From assembly GCF_006345805.1 (NCBI RefSeq), contig NC_043010.1, positions 40,734,001 to 40,798,000 on the forward strand: a stretch of 64,000 nt of DNA. Reading direction: 5' to 3'. Below the pieces are notes generated by a model. It worked only from the letters and a program-made list of their open reading frames with translations. It had not been told where the DNA came from and did not search any database. This stretch comes from Octopus sinensis (Eukaryota). The first letter of the stretch is position 1, and each line of letters begins with the position of its first letter. The position numbers and the translations under genes were made by a program. Below are positions 1 through 13,586 of this stretch, in pieces.

Positions 1-413
1 ACACAAACATCTATATATATATATACACACACATCTATATATATATACACAAACATCTATATATATATATATACACACACATCTATATATATATATATAC
101 ACACACATCTATAGATATATACACACACACATCTATAGATATATACACACACACATCTATAGATATATATACACACACACATCTATAGATATATATACAC
201 ACACACATTTATATATATATACACACACACATTTATATATATATACACACACACATCTATATATATATACACACACACATCTATATATATATATACAGAC
301 ACACATCTATATATATATACACATACACATCTATATATATATATATATATATACATACACATCTATATATATATATATATACACACACACATCTATATAT
401 ATATATATATATT
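1..413. repeat. Compound (CA)/(TA) minisatellite, unit ~ACACACACATCTATATATATAT
   Basis: Tandem 20-26 bp units read directly; runs off the window start. Confidence 0.95.
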
Positions 414-600
414 ATAATTAAGGGTTAATTGCAACAACTTGCTCAAAACCACATACCGAAAATATTAGAAATAGCAGTCAAATTGATCACTATTTCCTTT
501 TCGTTATTTTCTTCCTTTTTTGCCATATACAGGTTACAAATTCTGTTTGTTTGTGGAGACTTTTTATTAGTAGAGGAAATAGTGATCAATTTGATCAATG

Positions 601-872
601 TGGAGGCACATGGCCTAGTAGTTAGAGCAGGTACCGTGGGTTCGAATCTCAGACCTGGCGATGTGTGTGTTTATCAGCGAAACACCTAAGCTCCACGCGG
701 CTCCGACAGAAGGTAATGGCGAACTTCTGCTGACTCTTTCGCCACAACTTTCTCTCACTCTTTCATCCTGCATCTTGCAGCTCACCTACGACGGACCGGC
801 GTCCCGTCCAGATGGGGAATCTATACGCCAAAGAATCCGCGAAACCCTATGAGCTAGGCACGGCTCGAGAAG

Positions 873-875
<3 letters not shown>
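601..875 (+). mobile_element. tRNA-derived SINE (body B + tail 1)
   Basis: A-box-like TGGCCTAGTAGTTAG and B-box-like GGTTCGAATC; body GCGAAACACCTAAGCTCCACG shared with 8259, 26016, 47272; tail GACGGACCGGCGTCCCGTCCAG followed by (TA)n. Confidence 0.85.
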
Positions 876-914
<39 letters not shown>

Positions 915-918
<4 letters not shown>

Positions 919-1164
919 CGATAAACGTAAGTCAGTATCAATGGTAGTTCCAGAAATTCCGAGCCGGAAACTACAGTCAAAAAGATGAGCCTCGTCCTGC
1001 AAGATCTGGAGAGCTCAACCAGGACGTTTACCAGACAGTTGTAAGAGCATTGTAGAAAATGAAGGACAGTATATTTTAGATTAAAAAAGAACTTCATTTT
1101 TCTTTATTTTGAAAAATAAAAGTATTTTAAAAAAACCGCATTATTTATGGGATGACGCAAAATA
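915..1164 (+). mobile_element. Internally deleted mariner relic
   Basis: Translates to FQKFRAGNYSQKDEPRPARSGELNQD (mariner N-terminal HTH region, cf. WFxxFxxGxxxLxDxPRSGRP) and ends in a mariner-like terminal sequence AAAACCGCATTATTTATGGGATGAC. Confidence 0.6.
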
Positions 1165-1833
1165 TTAAATATATTTTAACTGTGGTGCCTGACTTTTGAT
1201 TCACACCCTATATTCTAACCCGTTTAATATCAAAGCTAATAAAGTGTGATTCGAGAAAGACTTTTGACTAGTATTCTTAGAAGATGAATGGATTGTCCCT
1301 GTTTCTTCAATGATTTTCGTTGCTGATTCAGTAATGTTCGTTTATTGAACGGAGATATATCGGGAGGTGTTCAAACCATGATCGCCCACTTTTTTGTTTA
1401 AGAGGCTGTTTGCAGAATTGCATTATCCTAAACACATAGCTTTTCATTTTCTCAACCAAACAGGGACTTCTTGGCAACTTTGATATTATATTAGTGACTT
1501 GTTTCAGTTACTGGACTGTGGCCATGATAGAGCACCACCTTAGGCTTCTTTTTTATATATAGATTATGGTCGGCGTTCATCTTACACCGCATCAGATAGG
1601 TTATTACCAAAGGCGTTTTAAAAGAGAATTATTGACTATATTAGTTATTTTGAAGTTTAGCTATTTCTCACAGAGACTACACGCAGACGTGCTTGTTCCT
1701 TTAATGGCGCCAGTTGTATTGTATATACAGGTGACTTGATTACAGATTGATCCTATTTGCTTAGCACGATTTATCTTGGAACACTTTGTTCGTGTCACAA
1801 AAGAAATTCTTCAGATTAGGATTTGCGTTTTAC

Positions 1834-1837
<4 letters not shown>

Positions 1838-1872
<35 letters not shown>

Positions 1873-2215
1873 TGTTGCCATATGAGAATATTCTAAGTTA
1901 GTAAATGCACACACATATATATATATATATTTATGTGTGTGTGTGTATGTATATGTACATAAGCACACATATTTGTGTGTGAGTGTGTGTATATATATAT
2001 ATGTACATAAACACACATATTTGTGTGTGTATATATATATATGTACATAAACACACATATTTGTGTGTGTGTGTATATATATATATAAACACACACACAT
2101 ATTTGTGTGTGCGTGTGTTTATATGTACATTGTACGTCCAAACACAACTAGGGATATAAGCAAATCTACTCATATGTATATATAGATACATAATCGTACA
2201 CACACATGATTATCT
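1838..2215. repeat. (TA)n plus ~40-bp self-complementary TGTGTG...ACACAC minisatellite
   Basis: About four units of ATTTGTGTGTGT(AT)nGTACATAAACACACAT. Confidence 0.85.
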
Positions 2216-3348
2216 ATATATATATTCTGTGAAATACGCCCGAGTACAGTTAAATTTGCTATTATCGGAAAGGTTGTATACGGTTTCACATACCATGGAA
2301 GCTAAAAGACAATTTCTTGTTTTCCACATATGCATACTGTTGTAAACATATATTGATTTAAAGGAAAGAAAAAAGTGGATTTTGAATGAATAAAAAGGTT
2401 AAATGAATGCTATAAGGAGGGATTTGAACCAGGATTTTTTTGTATCCATGACAGACTTGCAAACCATTTCGACAAATGTAACCGTCGGTCTCTATCTTTG
2501 TATCTACATTTCTTTTTCTCCCCCTTACTCTCTATCACACTTTCTCTTTTCTTATCTCTCTCTCTCTCTCTCCTCTTTCCCCTCTCTCTCTCTCCTCTTT
2601 CCTCTCTCTCCTCTCTCTCTCCTCTTCCCCCCTCTCTCTCCTCTCTCTCTCCTCTTTCCCCTCTGTCTCTCTTCTCTTTCCCTCTCTCACTCACCAAGCA
2701 AACCTATTTACATTTTGAACTGCGAAAGCATTTTCGTTTGTTTTTTTTTTCTAATCCGTGTTAATATTTATAGCTGCGTCCACTTGGATATAAACGGTTT
2801 AGATGGTTCATTAGTTTGGATATTTTTTTACTTCGTAATTTATTGTCTCCGTTAATGCGATTCTTGGTTGCAAAACAAAATATAGCTTCAAGCTATCTTC
2901 CCTTGAACTACCAGATCTTTCTACGATAAAATTTGATATTTGAGGTTGCTGACCTCTACAGCTTAGAGCCACCACCATGTGAAGACCTAAAAAATATGGC
3001 TCTTATTCTTAGCAAGGTTAAAATTACGCAGATGTTAATATGAATGGAACGAGTGTTAAGAGATATTTGTCAAACGAAACCTTTTCGTTTCTCGAGTTAA
3101 TGTATAACGTGTGATACAGTATATTTTATTTCAAGCAGGTGGAGTGAGATTGTCATAGATGGCTCCTTGCTGACTCCCAAGAATTGTAAAAGAATTTATG
3201 GAATATATAGGAGAAAGTTTAAAAGAAAAAAGTAAAGAAGTAACGTAGTCTCATGTATAGAACCATGGAGTTTTGCGGAGAGGTAGACGGACAACAAAAA
3301 TATATCTAACATAGGTGATAACTTTTATGTAGCTATGATATTAACGAG

Positions 3349-3578
3349 TGAAGGCGGATGGCTTAGTGGTTAGAGTGTTAAATTCATGAGCGTAAGATTG
3401 TGGTTTTGATTCCTGTACCGAGTGATGCGTTGTATTCTTGAGCAAAGGACTTCATTTCACGTTGCTCCAGTCCGCTCAGCTGAGAAAAATGAGAAATCCT
3501 GCGATAGATTGGCGTCCCGTCTACTGAAACCGGGAAACCGGCCCTTATTAGCCTGGCATTGCTCGAGAACGAAAGAAA
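3349..3578 (+). mobile_element. tRNA-derived CORE-type SINE with tail 1
   Basis: Head TGGCTTAGTGGTTAGAG; CORE-like TTCTTGAGCAAAGGACTTCATTTCACGTTGCTCCAGTCC; tail GCGATAGATTGGCGTCCCGTC...GAAACCGGGAAACCGG. Confidence 0.85.
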
Positions 3579-3721
3579 TATATATTAAAGAATGCAGCAT
3601 GCATATCATAAAGAAAAGAAAATATCAAATGCTTAAAATAGGTATTCAGTAACAAACCGGTTTCTCTGAAGTCCTGTGTGTATGTATATTATATGCACAT
3701 GCATAATATCATTATTGTATA

Positions 3722-4560
3722 CAGGGTACGGTGATTAAACTGTCATCTAAATTATGCAAAATCGAAAATAACACTGGCATCTCATTTTAACAGATATATT
3801 TACAAAAATTACATAAAAATATCTTGAAAATATATCTTGAGTAAATTTATTCAATGAAATGGCCATTGGCTCCAACCACGGTCTTCAGACAACTTCAGAA
3901 TGTCCTGCCGCTCTTCTGGACGGTCTCTTTCTTTAAATTAGTGAATGCTACCATAATCCTTGCCTTCAGTTCATCTTTCGTGTTACAAAGAGTTTTGTTG
4001 GTCTCTCTCTCAACTGCGCCCCACACATAAAAATGAAGGGGGTTGCAGTCTGGGATGATGTGGCCACAAAAAATGTCTGAGAGCCATGACTGAGTTCTCC
4101 TAATTTGTGGCATTGTGCAGAGTTTTGTTGCCAGACATAGGGTCTTCCAGCAGCCACACTCTTGACACAGGGCCGCACTACCTCATCCAGGTACTTGATG
4201 TAGGCCTCCGTATTGAGTGTGAGGCCGTGTAGGAAGATGAATGGAGGCATAACGTCACCATCACTAGTGATCACTCCAAACACCATGATGTTGACTGGAT
4301 ATTTGATTTTTATCATTCTCGGTACATGCTCCCAGATTGCACTATCCTTAGATTGACACCCAAACACTCTAAGATGTTCGTTTTGGAGCTTCCGGCACGA
4401 ATGCCAAGTAGTACAACATGTCGCTTCCAAATTTCTGTTTTTCTCACAGACGGTGCCCAACTGACCCTACTATACTACGAAGTCGACAAAATCAAAAGCA
4501 AACAATGTGCATACGCGAAATAAATATATAGAATGGCGACAATTTACCCATCGCAACCTG
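3722..4560 (-). mobile_element. Tc1/mariner-superfamily (maT/DD37D-like) deletion derivative
   Basis: Imperfect 23-bp TIRs (CAGGGTACGGTGATTAAACTGTC / GACAATTTACCCATCGCAACCTG), TA on the left. Minus-strand frames give KYPVNIMVFGVITSDG, WQQNSAQCH and PDCNPLHFYVWGAVE. Catalytic Ds are mutated and a deletion prevents counting the D-D spacing. Confidence 0.8.
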
Positions 4561-7048
4561 TGTACTGATGTATGTATGCATGCATATATATTTCGAAACG
4601 TAGAGTAGATGAAACCTTAGCGACTGAAGAAGGGGTTTTTTCGTTGTGTTAACTGTCCTGTACTCCATTTTTTGTTGTTTTTAAAAAAATGTCCTGTTCC
4701 TTTGGTTTGTGTCTATGTTTTTGTTTCTCTTTGTGTTCAACGTCCCTTTGGTGTCCTGTACTCTATGCGTGTATATGTACATGTAGAGGTAGGTACGTAC
4801 ATATATGTTTATATATATGCATATGTTTTATTTCTTTTATTAATATATATATATATATATAAGTCTATTGTCTCTTCGTTTTACTAGTTGTAGAATACAA
4901 TTTGAGAAAGACTTGCGATTATGTATTTCCAAATCCAGAGTAGAAATTAACTCTAAATAGGATAGAATTTCAGAAAAAGATATGTTGGTATGGGGAATTG
5001 GTATTATCCCTGATGATTTAATTATCAATTATCCATGATACAGCCTCTAGGAACTCACACTATATTTAATGAATAGCAACTTATCTACATAAAATGATTA
5101 CTCTCTACTATATATCCCCAAAAGATACAATGCTATAGCAAATATGCACACACACACACACACACACATATACGGTACATTGTACACTGAAGACAAAAGC
5201 GTACTTATTCGGTGCTAGTAACAACTGATAATTTTCAAGCCTTTAATTATATATTACCGTATGAAAAAAAGAGACAAATATTGCATAAAGTAGCACAGAA
5301 TATGTAGAACGGTGTGACGCTTCTAGATGGAGAGTCTTGGGTCATAGGTCAATTTGATTTGATCAACGATGACCTGGAAACAAAGCAATAAACATAACAA
5401 AAGAAAGTTCACAACAAAATGTCGGATTTTTTCCTCCTGTCAATTTTATATTAAACTGTCAGCTAATAACATTATATATCCCCCCCTCTTCTGCCATTAT
5501 GATTGGCTGCTCTATCTTAAAGCTAATTCTAAAATAACTCTGATAACAAAACACTAAATATATTTCCCTGGGAAGTTGGACGTGAACCGTGAACTGTATT
5601 AATTGTGCCGTCTACGTAGATTTTCCCTACAAATGTCAATTTAAAATAGATGATGTCTTTCGCAGACAACTAGATCCGATAATCGTTAGAAAGAAATTTT
5701 CTATCCTTTATATCTTTCGGTATATCTTAATGTTGATATACTCTAAAAAGCTACAGAACTGCAGTATTAGTCTCTAGTCAGTATCTCGTATAGACATCAC
5801 AGAAGTGTGTCAGCAGCAGATGAAAAGCGTACAGCAGCGGTGGTAAAATTGCTAAATCCTGATTTCTTCTTTGAGCGTCATCAGTAGCAAGCATCCACAA
5901 CCAACCAATTTCTGAAACAAATTTAGCTTCAACTGATAGAGAAAAACAGTGACTAACAAATCACTGGTGTCGCAAGTAGCTTGCGAGCCGGGTAAAAACG
6001 TATTAGTGTTATTAGTTCAACATACATTATACTTATTAGTTCAAATATATCATATATTTAACGTGGAAATCCACAAAACTGTAGAGATTCCCCAAACTGC
6101 CATATTTGTAGCCACGTTAAGTAAGCTATACAGAATGTTATTTTGAACTAATACTGATTCTGCCGCTATAAATGAATTCTCTTTCTTTTATTTTATTTAT
6201 TTGAAATCTTAATTCGTGAACAACAACAACGTCCTCAGTGTCAGGTTCCACATAATGCCATATATCCAACCTAAATCTGTAATAGCGTTCCACAGAACAC
6301 ACTTCCGTTTCTTCTATTCTTTCTTCTCTCTTTGCTTTTCCTTAATAAAAAAATAGGGTCATTGTACGTAACTTAGAACACTTTATTCCTTAACCCTCCT
6401 TTCAGCGTCAAACTATTATTATATTCTTCATACAGCTGGTTTGCCATTACATTTAAGATGGAAAGAGTAAGGAATAAAACAAAAATAAGGCAGAAATAAA
6501 GATATATGAAGGAATAAATAGACAGTATATCAAATTATGATTTATTAACCTAGATTTACATTTAGACGCAAAATTATTCCTGTGATCCTTGATCATGATA
6601 AAAGCATTATGCTTTGCTAGTGTCTCTACTCTGTCATTAAAGCTATGTTCTTTGCAGCAATATATCATTATATGCTTCTGGCTTGCTTTCATATAATTTT
6701 CTGTAATGCTATTATTTTGGATCTGTCCATATAACCTATCATCTACTTCATAAAAGTTCTTAAATTTGTCTGAGAATAACAGCTTTCTATGGCTTTTGTT
6801 TTATGCTAATATCTGCTTTAAGTTACTTTTGGAAAGAGGTTGAGGATTTACAGAATGTACTGGTCAATATTATATCCAAAAACTCCGTTTTGAATTTTTT
6901 AGGTGTTTGGATCTATCTATGGTGGGTATCTTCGTGATTTTATTTCAGTCTTCGTAACAGTTTTTCATACCAAAACAAAAACATACTTTCCACCCCATAT
7001 ACCTAATGAGGTCCACAGTGACTAATCATTCTATTATGGTTTTATACA

Positions 7049-7083
<35 letters not shown>

Positions 7084-7099
7084 GTTGCATTTCAAAATG

Positions 7100-7300
7100 T
7101 AACCACATGTGGATCGTTGGCGAATTTTTCCTTCCCTCTTCCTATTCTTTTGCATTTTCCTCCGTGTAATTTTTCTGACCAAGAGCTTTGCTCGAAACGT
7201 AAAACTACATTTTTTTCCTTCCCGAGCGTCTGCTAATATTTTGCGTTGTTGTATTTTTCCTCATGTTGTTGTTTTTTCTTGTGTTTTCCTCGTTTTTTTA

Positions 7301-7340
<40 letters not shown>

Positions 7341-7380
7341 TTCTTATATCCATCCTTTTCCAAAATAACTCCTAACGTTG
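7100..7380 (+). mobile_element. Penelope-like terminal repeat fragment with decayed hammerhead motif
   Basis: TTTTCTGACCAAGAGCTTTGCTCGAAACGTAAAAC at 7171-7205; same family as 26792-27003 and 27862-28150. Confidence 0.7.
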
Positions 7381-7399
7381 AACTCTGCTATTTCCCTCT

Positions 7400-7658
7400 A
7401 GTTAACTCTCATATCGTATCTGATGAAGGGATATCCCTAATATCCCTTGAAACAGATGTAAGACTACTTTTCGCTTTATAAGTGTCCTACAGGTTCCACA
7501 CAGCCTTGGCTTTGTTGCCTCATTTTATTTAACATATACATGTTCACACAAGACCTGCACTAGACGTCTCACTCATATTATTATAGAACCGAGAGTAGCA
7601 CTTACATAGCCTTACCTGCCATCTTAGGTCTTCTGAATACCAATAACTCTCATATCAT

Positions 7659-7660
<2 letters not shown>
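7400..7660 (+). mobile_element. Second Penelope-like terminal repeat family with hammerhead motif
   Basis: CTGATGAAGGGATATCCCTAATATCCCTTGAAACAGATGTAAGAC at 7420-7464; TAACTCTCATATC occurs at both ends. Confidence 0.6.
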
Positions 7661-7711
<51 letters not shown>

Positions 7712-7743
7712 TATATATATCTATATATATATATATATATATA

Positions 7744-7890
7744 AAGTTAATCCAAACAAGAAAACACAAAAACAAACACAGCAACGCGAAGACGTGGAAC
7801 AAATAAAGTATTATTGGACGCTCGGGAAAGAAGGGAAGGAGGGTTTAACGTTTCGAGCGGAGTTCTTCGTCGGAAACAAAGGAGAATATA
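7744..7890 (-). mobile_element. Penelope-like terminal repeat fragment between (TA)n tracts
   Basis: Reverse complement contains GTTTCCGACGAAGAACTCCGCTCGAAACGTTAAAC (7843-7877) and ends GTTTGGATTAACTT + (TA)n. Confidence 0.75.
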
Positions 7891-8258
7891 ATATATATAT
7901 ATTATACTTTCTATTCTTTCTTACCAGATATACAGAGAACTGTCCACATGGCCCAAAGAACCTTTTGATTGATGAAAATTGATAAACGTATTTCAGTTAT
8001 ATATTCGTTGCTTCCAAATTAATACCATATCACCTGATGAAAAGAACGCATGAGCTAAGATCCTCCTGATGTCCATGGATATTATAGATTGTACTGTAAT
8101 CATCGCGGAAGTATGTGATTTGTGGAAACACGCGTTGCGATGCAGTAAAAACGTAAAATTACCAACCACCTCCCTGACGTTTTGGACAAAGTCTTAAAAG
8201 ACTGCATCCAGTGAGTCGGGCCAGAAATTATCTATTACATTCATCTCATCGACGTCAT

Positions 8259-8592
8259 TTCGATTCCCAGACCGGGCGTTGTGAGTGTTTATTGAGCGAA
8301 AACACCTAAAAGCTCCACGAGACTCCGGCAGGGGATGGTGGTGATCCCTGCTGTACTCTTTCACCACAACTTTCTCTCGCTCTTACTTCCTGTTTCTGTT
8401 GTACCTGTATTTCAAAGGGCCGGCCTTGTCATTCTCTATGTCACGCTGAATATCCCCGAGAACTACGTTAAGGGTACACGTGTCTGTGGAGTGCTCAGCC
8501 ACTTACGCGTTAATTTCACGAGCAGGCTGTTCCGGTGATTCGGATCAACCGGAACCCTCGTCGTCGTAACCGACGGAGTGCTTCCATCCATC
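8259..8592 (+). mobile_element. SINE body B + tail 2 (head truncated)
   Basis: Body as in 601-875, but tail TGTCACGCTGAATATCCCCGAG...GGAACCCTCGTCGTCGTAACCGACGGAGTGC, shared with 26016-26452 and 63925-64000. Confidence 0.85.
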
Positions 8593-9859
8593 CATCATCG
8601 GTGTCCTCAGTGAGCACTACTAGTTACTTCGGCTCATAGATAGGGGAATTCTCCTAGTTCTACTCATTGCTGCAGAAAAAAAAACTTCGCCGATCAACCG
8701 TCATATATAATCTAAGGACTGATAGCCAGAGTAAACAAACCGGTTGTACAAACAATTGCCTGACCGCTCACACTGCCCGTATCTCCGGGGTTATAAGAAT
8801 TTTGCTGCACCTCGCGTCTTCTGAAGAGGTCTAGGAGTAGGCACAAAAATTTAGTTTCAGAATTACCAACATTTAAGAACTGTGAAGTAGCTGGAACTAT
8901 GAACAGTCAGTCAAGAGAGTCGATAGCCCAAGTTTGTAACCTAGAATAGTTATAAGTCAAATGTAATCTAAAGTTGTCATTAGTTTTGTCCCTCATAAGA
9001 ACTGATACTGGCAAAACAAGCTTACATACGAACTGTTAGCGGGTGGCAATCATTACAATTGACTTTATCCAACCATTTTTGAAGTCAGTTATCCATATTG
9101 CTCTCAAAAAATAACGTACTATCTTATATTGTTTAGAAAATTACTATTTTTAAATCTCACAACGAGAGATATTCAGCAACAGTACTTTGCAGTAAAGATT
9201 GTTTGCCAACAAAACATGGCAATCCTGGTTTAGGACGAATGTTGCAGTAATTTAGCCCCAAGAGACATCATCTCCAGCTGGTTATACGACACGATCTGTG
9301 GTCTTATATTTTCGAACAAAGGAATCTAGCACCCCCACTCAGCTCAAAACAATATCTGTGTATCACGATTTCCAGTTTATATTGTTTAGTACATCAAAGT
9401 GGTAATATTGTTCATAAATTCAAACGTTACTTAGTCGCTTATTTAATTCAGATTGATTAAGGTGTACCGATTAATTATTACAGAACTAATAGAATATTAG
9501 CTTTGGTTAAGGGAAATTCAGCTAATTATTACTCAGGGAAAATAGTTAATGAGAAAAACAACGAGAAAGTAGCAAAGGTCTCAGTGAAATTTCAGAGGAG
9601 ATAATTAATATATAGAGATAGCAATAATCAGTGTCAGTTTCTTTAACATATAATACTTAAATAGAAATATAATGGGCAATAATATAAAAGACAATGTGGA
9701 CAATGCCGTTGGAGGGAAGGCGGCGTTGACATAAACGAGTGAATGTGTATAATAGACTAAAGAAAGTAGTGTAGGCAATAATCGGTATCAACATAGATAA
9801 ACATGTGTCGGTTAAATATCGAAATTTAGAGAGATTAGTTATATTAGTTTCAAATTTTA

Positions 9860-10060
9860 GCACCAGGCCAGCAATTTCGGGGAGGGGTTAAGTCGATGAA
9901 ATTGACCCCAGTGCTCGACTGGTACTTATATATCGACCCCGAAAAGATCAAAGGTAAAGTCAACCTTGGTGGAATTGGAACTCAGAAACGTAAAAACGGT
10001 CAAAATGTCGCTGAGCACTTTGCTTGGCTTGTTAACAATTCTGTCAGCTCACCGCCTTAG
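9860..10060 (-). mobile_element. SINE family A (tRNA-like head, central GTCGACTTTGCCTTTCATCCTTTCGGGGTCGAT domain)
   Basis: Diverged reverse-complement match to the + copy at 53704-53930. Confidence 0.8.
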
Positions 10061-10929
10061 AGCGAGAGATCAGTTATACTGGCGTTATGGAGATAGGAGT
10101 CACAGCAGCTAGAATTAATACGAAAGGATAAAACAGAACCGATAGCCGTATTCAATAAAAGATGAAAATCCATAAATCTCAACATTTCTATAAAGCAATA
10201 TTGTCACTTTTAGATTAGATAAATTGGACAGATTACTGTTAATACTAATTTAAAATATTCAGAAGTATTAAGAAATGATTCAAAGAATTTATAAGGATTA
10301 TAAAGAACTAGAAAGCCCATAACCAGGTAGGATGAAGCAAATATAAAGATACCACTCAAGATTAGAAGGAAATTGATTAAGTCATTAGATTGTAAATTAT
10401 ATAAAATTACAATCACCAGTGTACGTTCTTAGAACTAAGAATACTCAAAAGTAGCTTAAATGTGATCCTGTAATTAATGATAAATTTTAGGATAAGCTAC
10501 CTAAATATAATCCATGTTGTCTATATTGTATGGTTATAGATAGGTATCTGATAATCGACTTATAGAATAGGTTTAAAGTTTTAAAATGATGTACGGATAA
10601 AATGTGGGCATTTGATCTTTAATCAGATATATTAATACCATCACCTGCATATTTTAAGATTCCCAACAACTCGAAACAGCGGAGATTGCCACAATACCTA
10701 TCACTAACATAAGGATTAATGTATCTAGCGATTCCCCATACTAAATGAAAATCGATAGTTTGTACTTTAATTCCCAGACCTTCGTGGAGAATGATGTTGC
10801 TTTGGCTTTCTCTCATAATGAAACGATTGTAGCACTAACAGATAACTCGTTCGTCTGTTTTTCTTAGGATTTTAAACTACATTTACGGTTTCATTCATGT
10901 TTGGATACTATTGGAGTTTCCAAACATCA

Positions 10930-11300
10930 GCAAATTCCCCATTCATCAGTGCATTCTATGCTATTTTAGTAGATTACCTGTCTGATTTGCATCATCTGTC
11001 AAGACATATTCCTACACCCAATGTGTGTGCTACACGACCATATGGTTGTGCATACGGTTCCTCAACCGAGCCAATCGTTGTGTCCTTAAGCAAGGCTCTT
11101 AATAATACGTTGCTCCAATTTACTCGGTTGAATATATCTACCAGCCTTAATGCATGTACAACCCGCTCAACTTTCAGTTGAACCGCTTCCATGTTCTGCT
11201 GGGTCAATATAGTGAGAGGAACATAGAGGGCATTTTGATTTACTCGCGACTCCAACGCAGTGTAAACAAGTAGCGGAAGCATGCAGCAAGGGCATACTCC
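10930..11300 (-). pseudogene. Possible ancient RTE-clade LINE RT C-terminal relic
   Basis: Minus frame MLPLLVYTALES...RLVDIFNRVNWSNVLLRA...IGSVEE...SDRSTKIA loosely follows the RTE pattern VLPxLLYGxETW...LRxILxIxWxDxVSNxEVLxRA...DRxPKxxL. Judged by eye only. Confidence 0.3.
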
Positions 11301-11475
11301 CTTGTTTATGACGGCGATGTTAGTAGGCATGTGTGTGTGTGTGTATACGTATACAGATAGATAAATGTATGTGTGTGTGTGCATGTTTTCCAATTTAGTA
11401 TGTGCTTTCAAATATAAATATTTGCGATCACGTATATGTAAACGTAGACATATGAATACAAATAAACATAGAAGG

Positions 11476-11516
<41 letters not shown>

Positions 11517-12399
11517 GTTATACTCACTTAACCCATTATATAGTATATAGATTACAGTATAATATAGTATTATCGAAAAAAAAACGTTACTATTTTTTAT
11601 TACAAAATAAAATCTGTTGTGAATGAAAGTACGTAAACACAGCTGTTTACGTCTGTCGTCTGTTTCAGTGATTTTTATCTTTCTTAAGATCTAGTCCTTG
11701 TCAGAAATGAATATCAAAGCAATTCTTTTGTTCATTTTTATTTTATTTTTTTTATGCAATCTGATCTATTTTTTATGTATACTATTTATTCAGATTTTCG
11801 ATATTTTCATTATTATATTTTTATAGTATTGTTAAAGTTTAAGATATTATTTGTATATTTAATATTTTTTTTAATCAATGGAAGTTTCAAAACCGATAGT
11901 TCTAGAATGAATATTTGATTCCTTTTTTTTTTTCTTGTCACCGCGCTGGGGTGCATCTATTTGCTCCACCATCCTGCAAGGTACAGCTACCAAATTTATT
12001 TTAAATCATATCCTGCGTTCATAAGAAAAAAAAGGAATGATATATAATTGACTGGTAGATGTACTAAGTCTGGAAGAATAACAGGAAGGTCAACTCTTGA
12101 AATCTTTTAAATATGAACCTATAAAACAGACCTGACTTGGAGTTATTCGGTAGACAAAATAAGGGGTTTTGATATAAGCACAAAGCCAGAAATTTTGGAG
12201 AATTAGGTCGTCGATACTATTGACTTTAAGACATTAGATGTAATTCAGAAGTATTGTAGTTACCCTTAATGAATGAATGGCATAGCAGGGCTCGGTGGGA
12301 TTTGAACTCAGAATGTAAGAAGTCGAAACAAACATCGCATGTCATTTTATCCGACACTCTAATGCTTCTATCAGTTTTTAAATCCCTAGTAACAACTAC

Positions 12400-12610
12400 T
12401 ACAAAGTCGGCGAGTTTGCAGAATCATTAAAACATCACACAAAATGCATAGTAACATTTGCTCAGACTCTTTACGTTCTAAGATGAAATAATCCTGACGT
12501 GGTCGACTTTGCCTTTCAACTTTTCTGAGTCGATTAAATATGAACTGATCGAGCCATCGATTAACCCGTACTCCTAAAGTTGCTGACCTTGAACCAACAT
12601 TTGAAACCAT
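12400..12610 (+). mobile_element. SINE family A, diverged
   Basis: CGGCGAGTTTGCAGAATCATTAAAAC head; GTCGACTTTGCCTTTCAAC central domain. Confidence 0.7.
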
Positions 12611-13586
12611 TGTTATTAATCATCAGAAGTTAAGTGATACCTGGGCTGCATGTTTCGTGCATGGCACTTATCAATTTATAATTATATGAAACACGCAAGT
12701 GATTATATACATGTGCACAGTAGCAGTATTTTCTTTTAAAATGTTTGTATACTAAACAGTATCACGGCTTTCGTCTACTCGTGCGTGTGTTTCTGTGTGC
12801 GTGCATTGCATCAGTCTGTGGCATCACAGCAATCACAATTATAGATTCGTAAGTAGCAGACACCACTGTCCGACTTGACACTAAGTTCCCAATTACTCGA
12901 TCACGCGTGTGTGTGCGTTTATCCCTGTCTGTGTATATGTATTCTGCTACTGTTTATGGCGCTGTCACTGTCGTGGGACTTTAGCCACACGTTAACTCTA
13001 TAGAAGTGCATCGAGAGAAATGAAAGACAGCCTTGATGTGGCCATCCCGTCTGTTTAGTGTATTTATGTAAAACTACAGTATCTGTCCCGTGTCTTTATA
13101 TCTAAACCTCAATATATTATTTCAGGAAAATTTGGTTGTGGTTTCTTCAGTGACTCCCATTGTCACTGTTGTTGGCGTTAATTTAATTTTCTATCATTAC
13201 TATCCCTTAACCCCAAGTCAAACATGCTCCAGCCGGAACCATTTTGATATATGAGAAGTATCTAGGGTTATATAATGTGGCCTTCCCATTTTTAAGGCGT
13301 TAAGAAGAGATGGAGATTTCGTGGTTATTGATAGCAAGATGAGGTGCTACTTAGATGATCACTTCTGTTGATGCTGCAGCAGTAGTTGTTGCTGCTGTTG
13401 CAACCATACAGTTTTTTCTGCTCCTGTTTTTGTTCCTATTGCTTCTGTTGGATGAATTATTGTCGCTACAGTTGTTGTTGTTGTTGTTGCTTTGCTACTG
13501 TTGTTGAGTAACTCACGCTGTCATAAGTTACTTTTCTGCCGTTGATGTATCTGTTATTACTACATTTCTTGTTTCTTTATTGCCCT

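Noticed and set aside
8830-10870. Unique-looking segments 8830-9120 and 10180-10870 that might be old LINE or LTR coding relics
   Set aside because: All frames are heavily interrupted and no motif could be identified with confidence; needs a translated search.
12760-12848. AG...GTAAGT-bounded 89-nt segment with a hydrophobic frame (also 43534 acceptor; minus 2294-2336)
   Set aside because: Weak polypyrimidine tract or weak donor, simple-repeat-like content; expected by chance.
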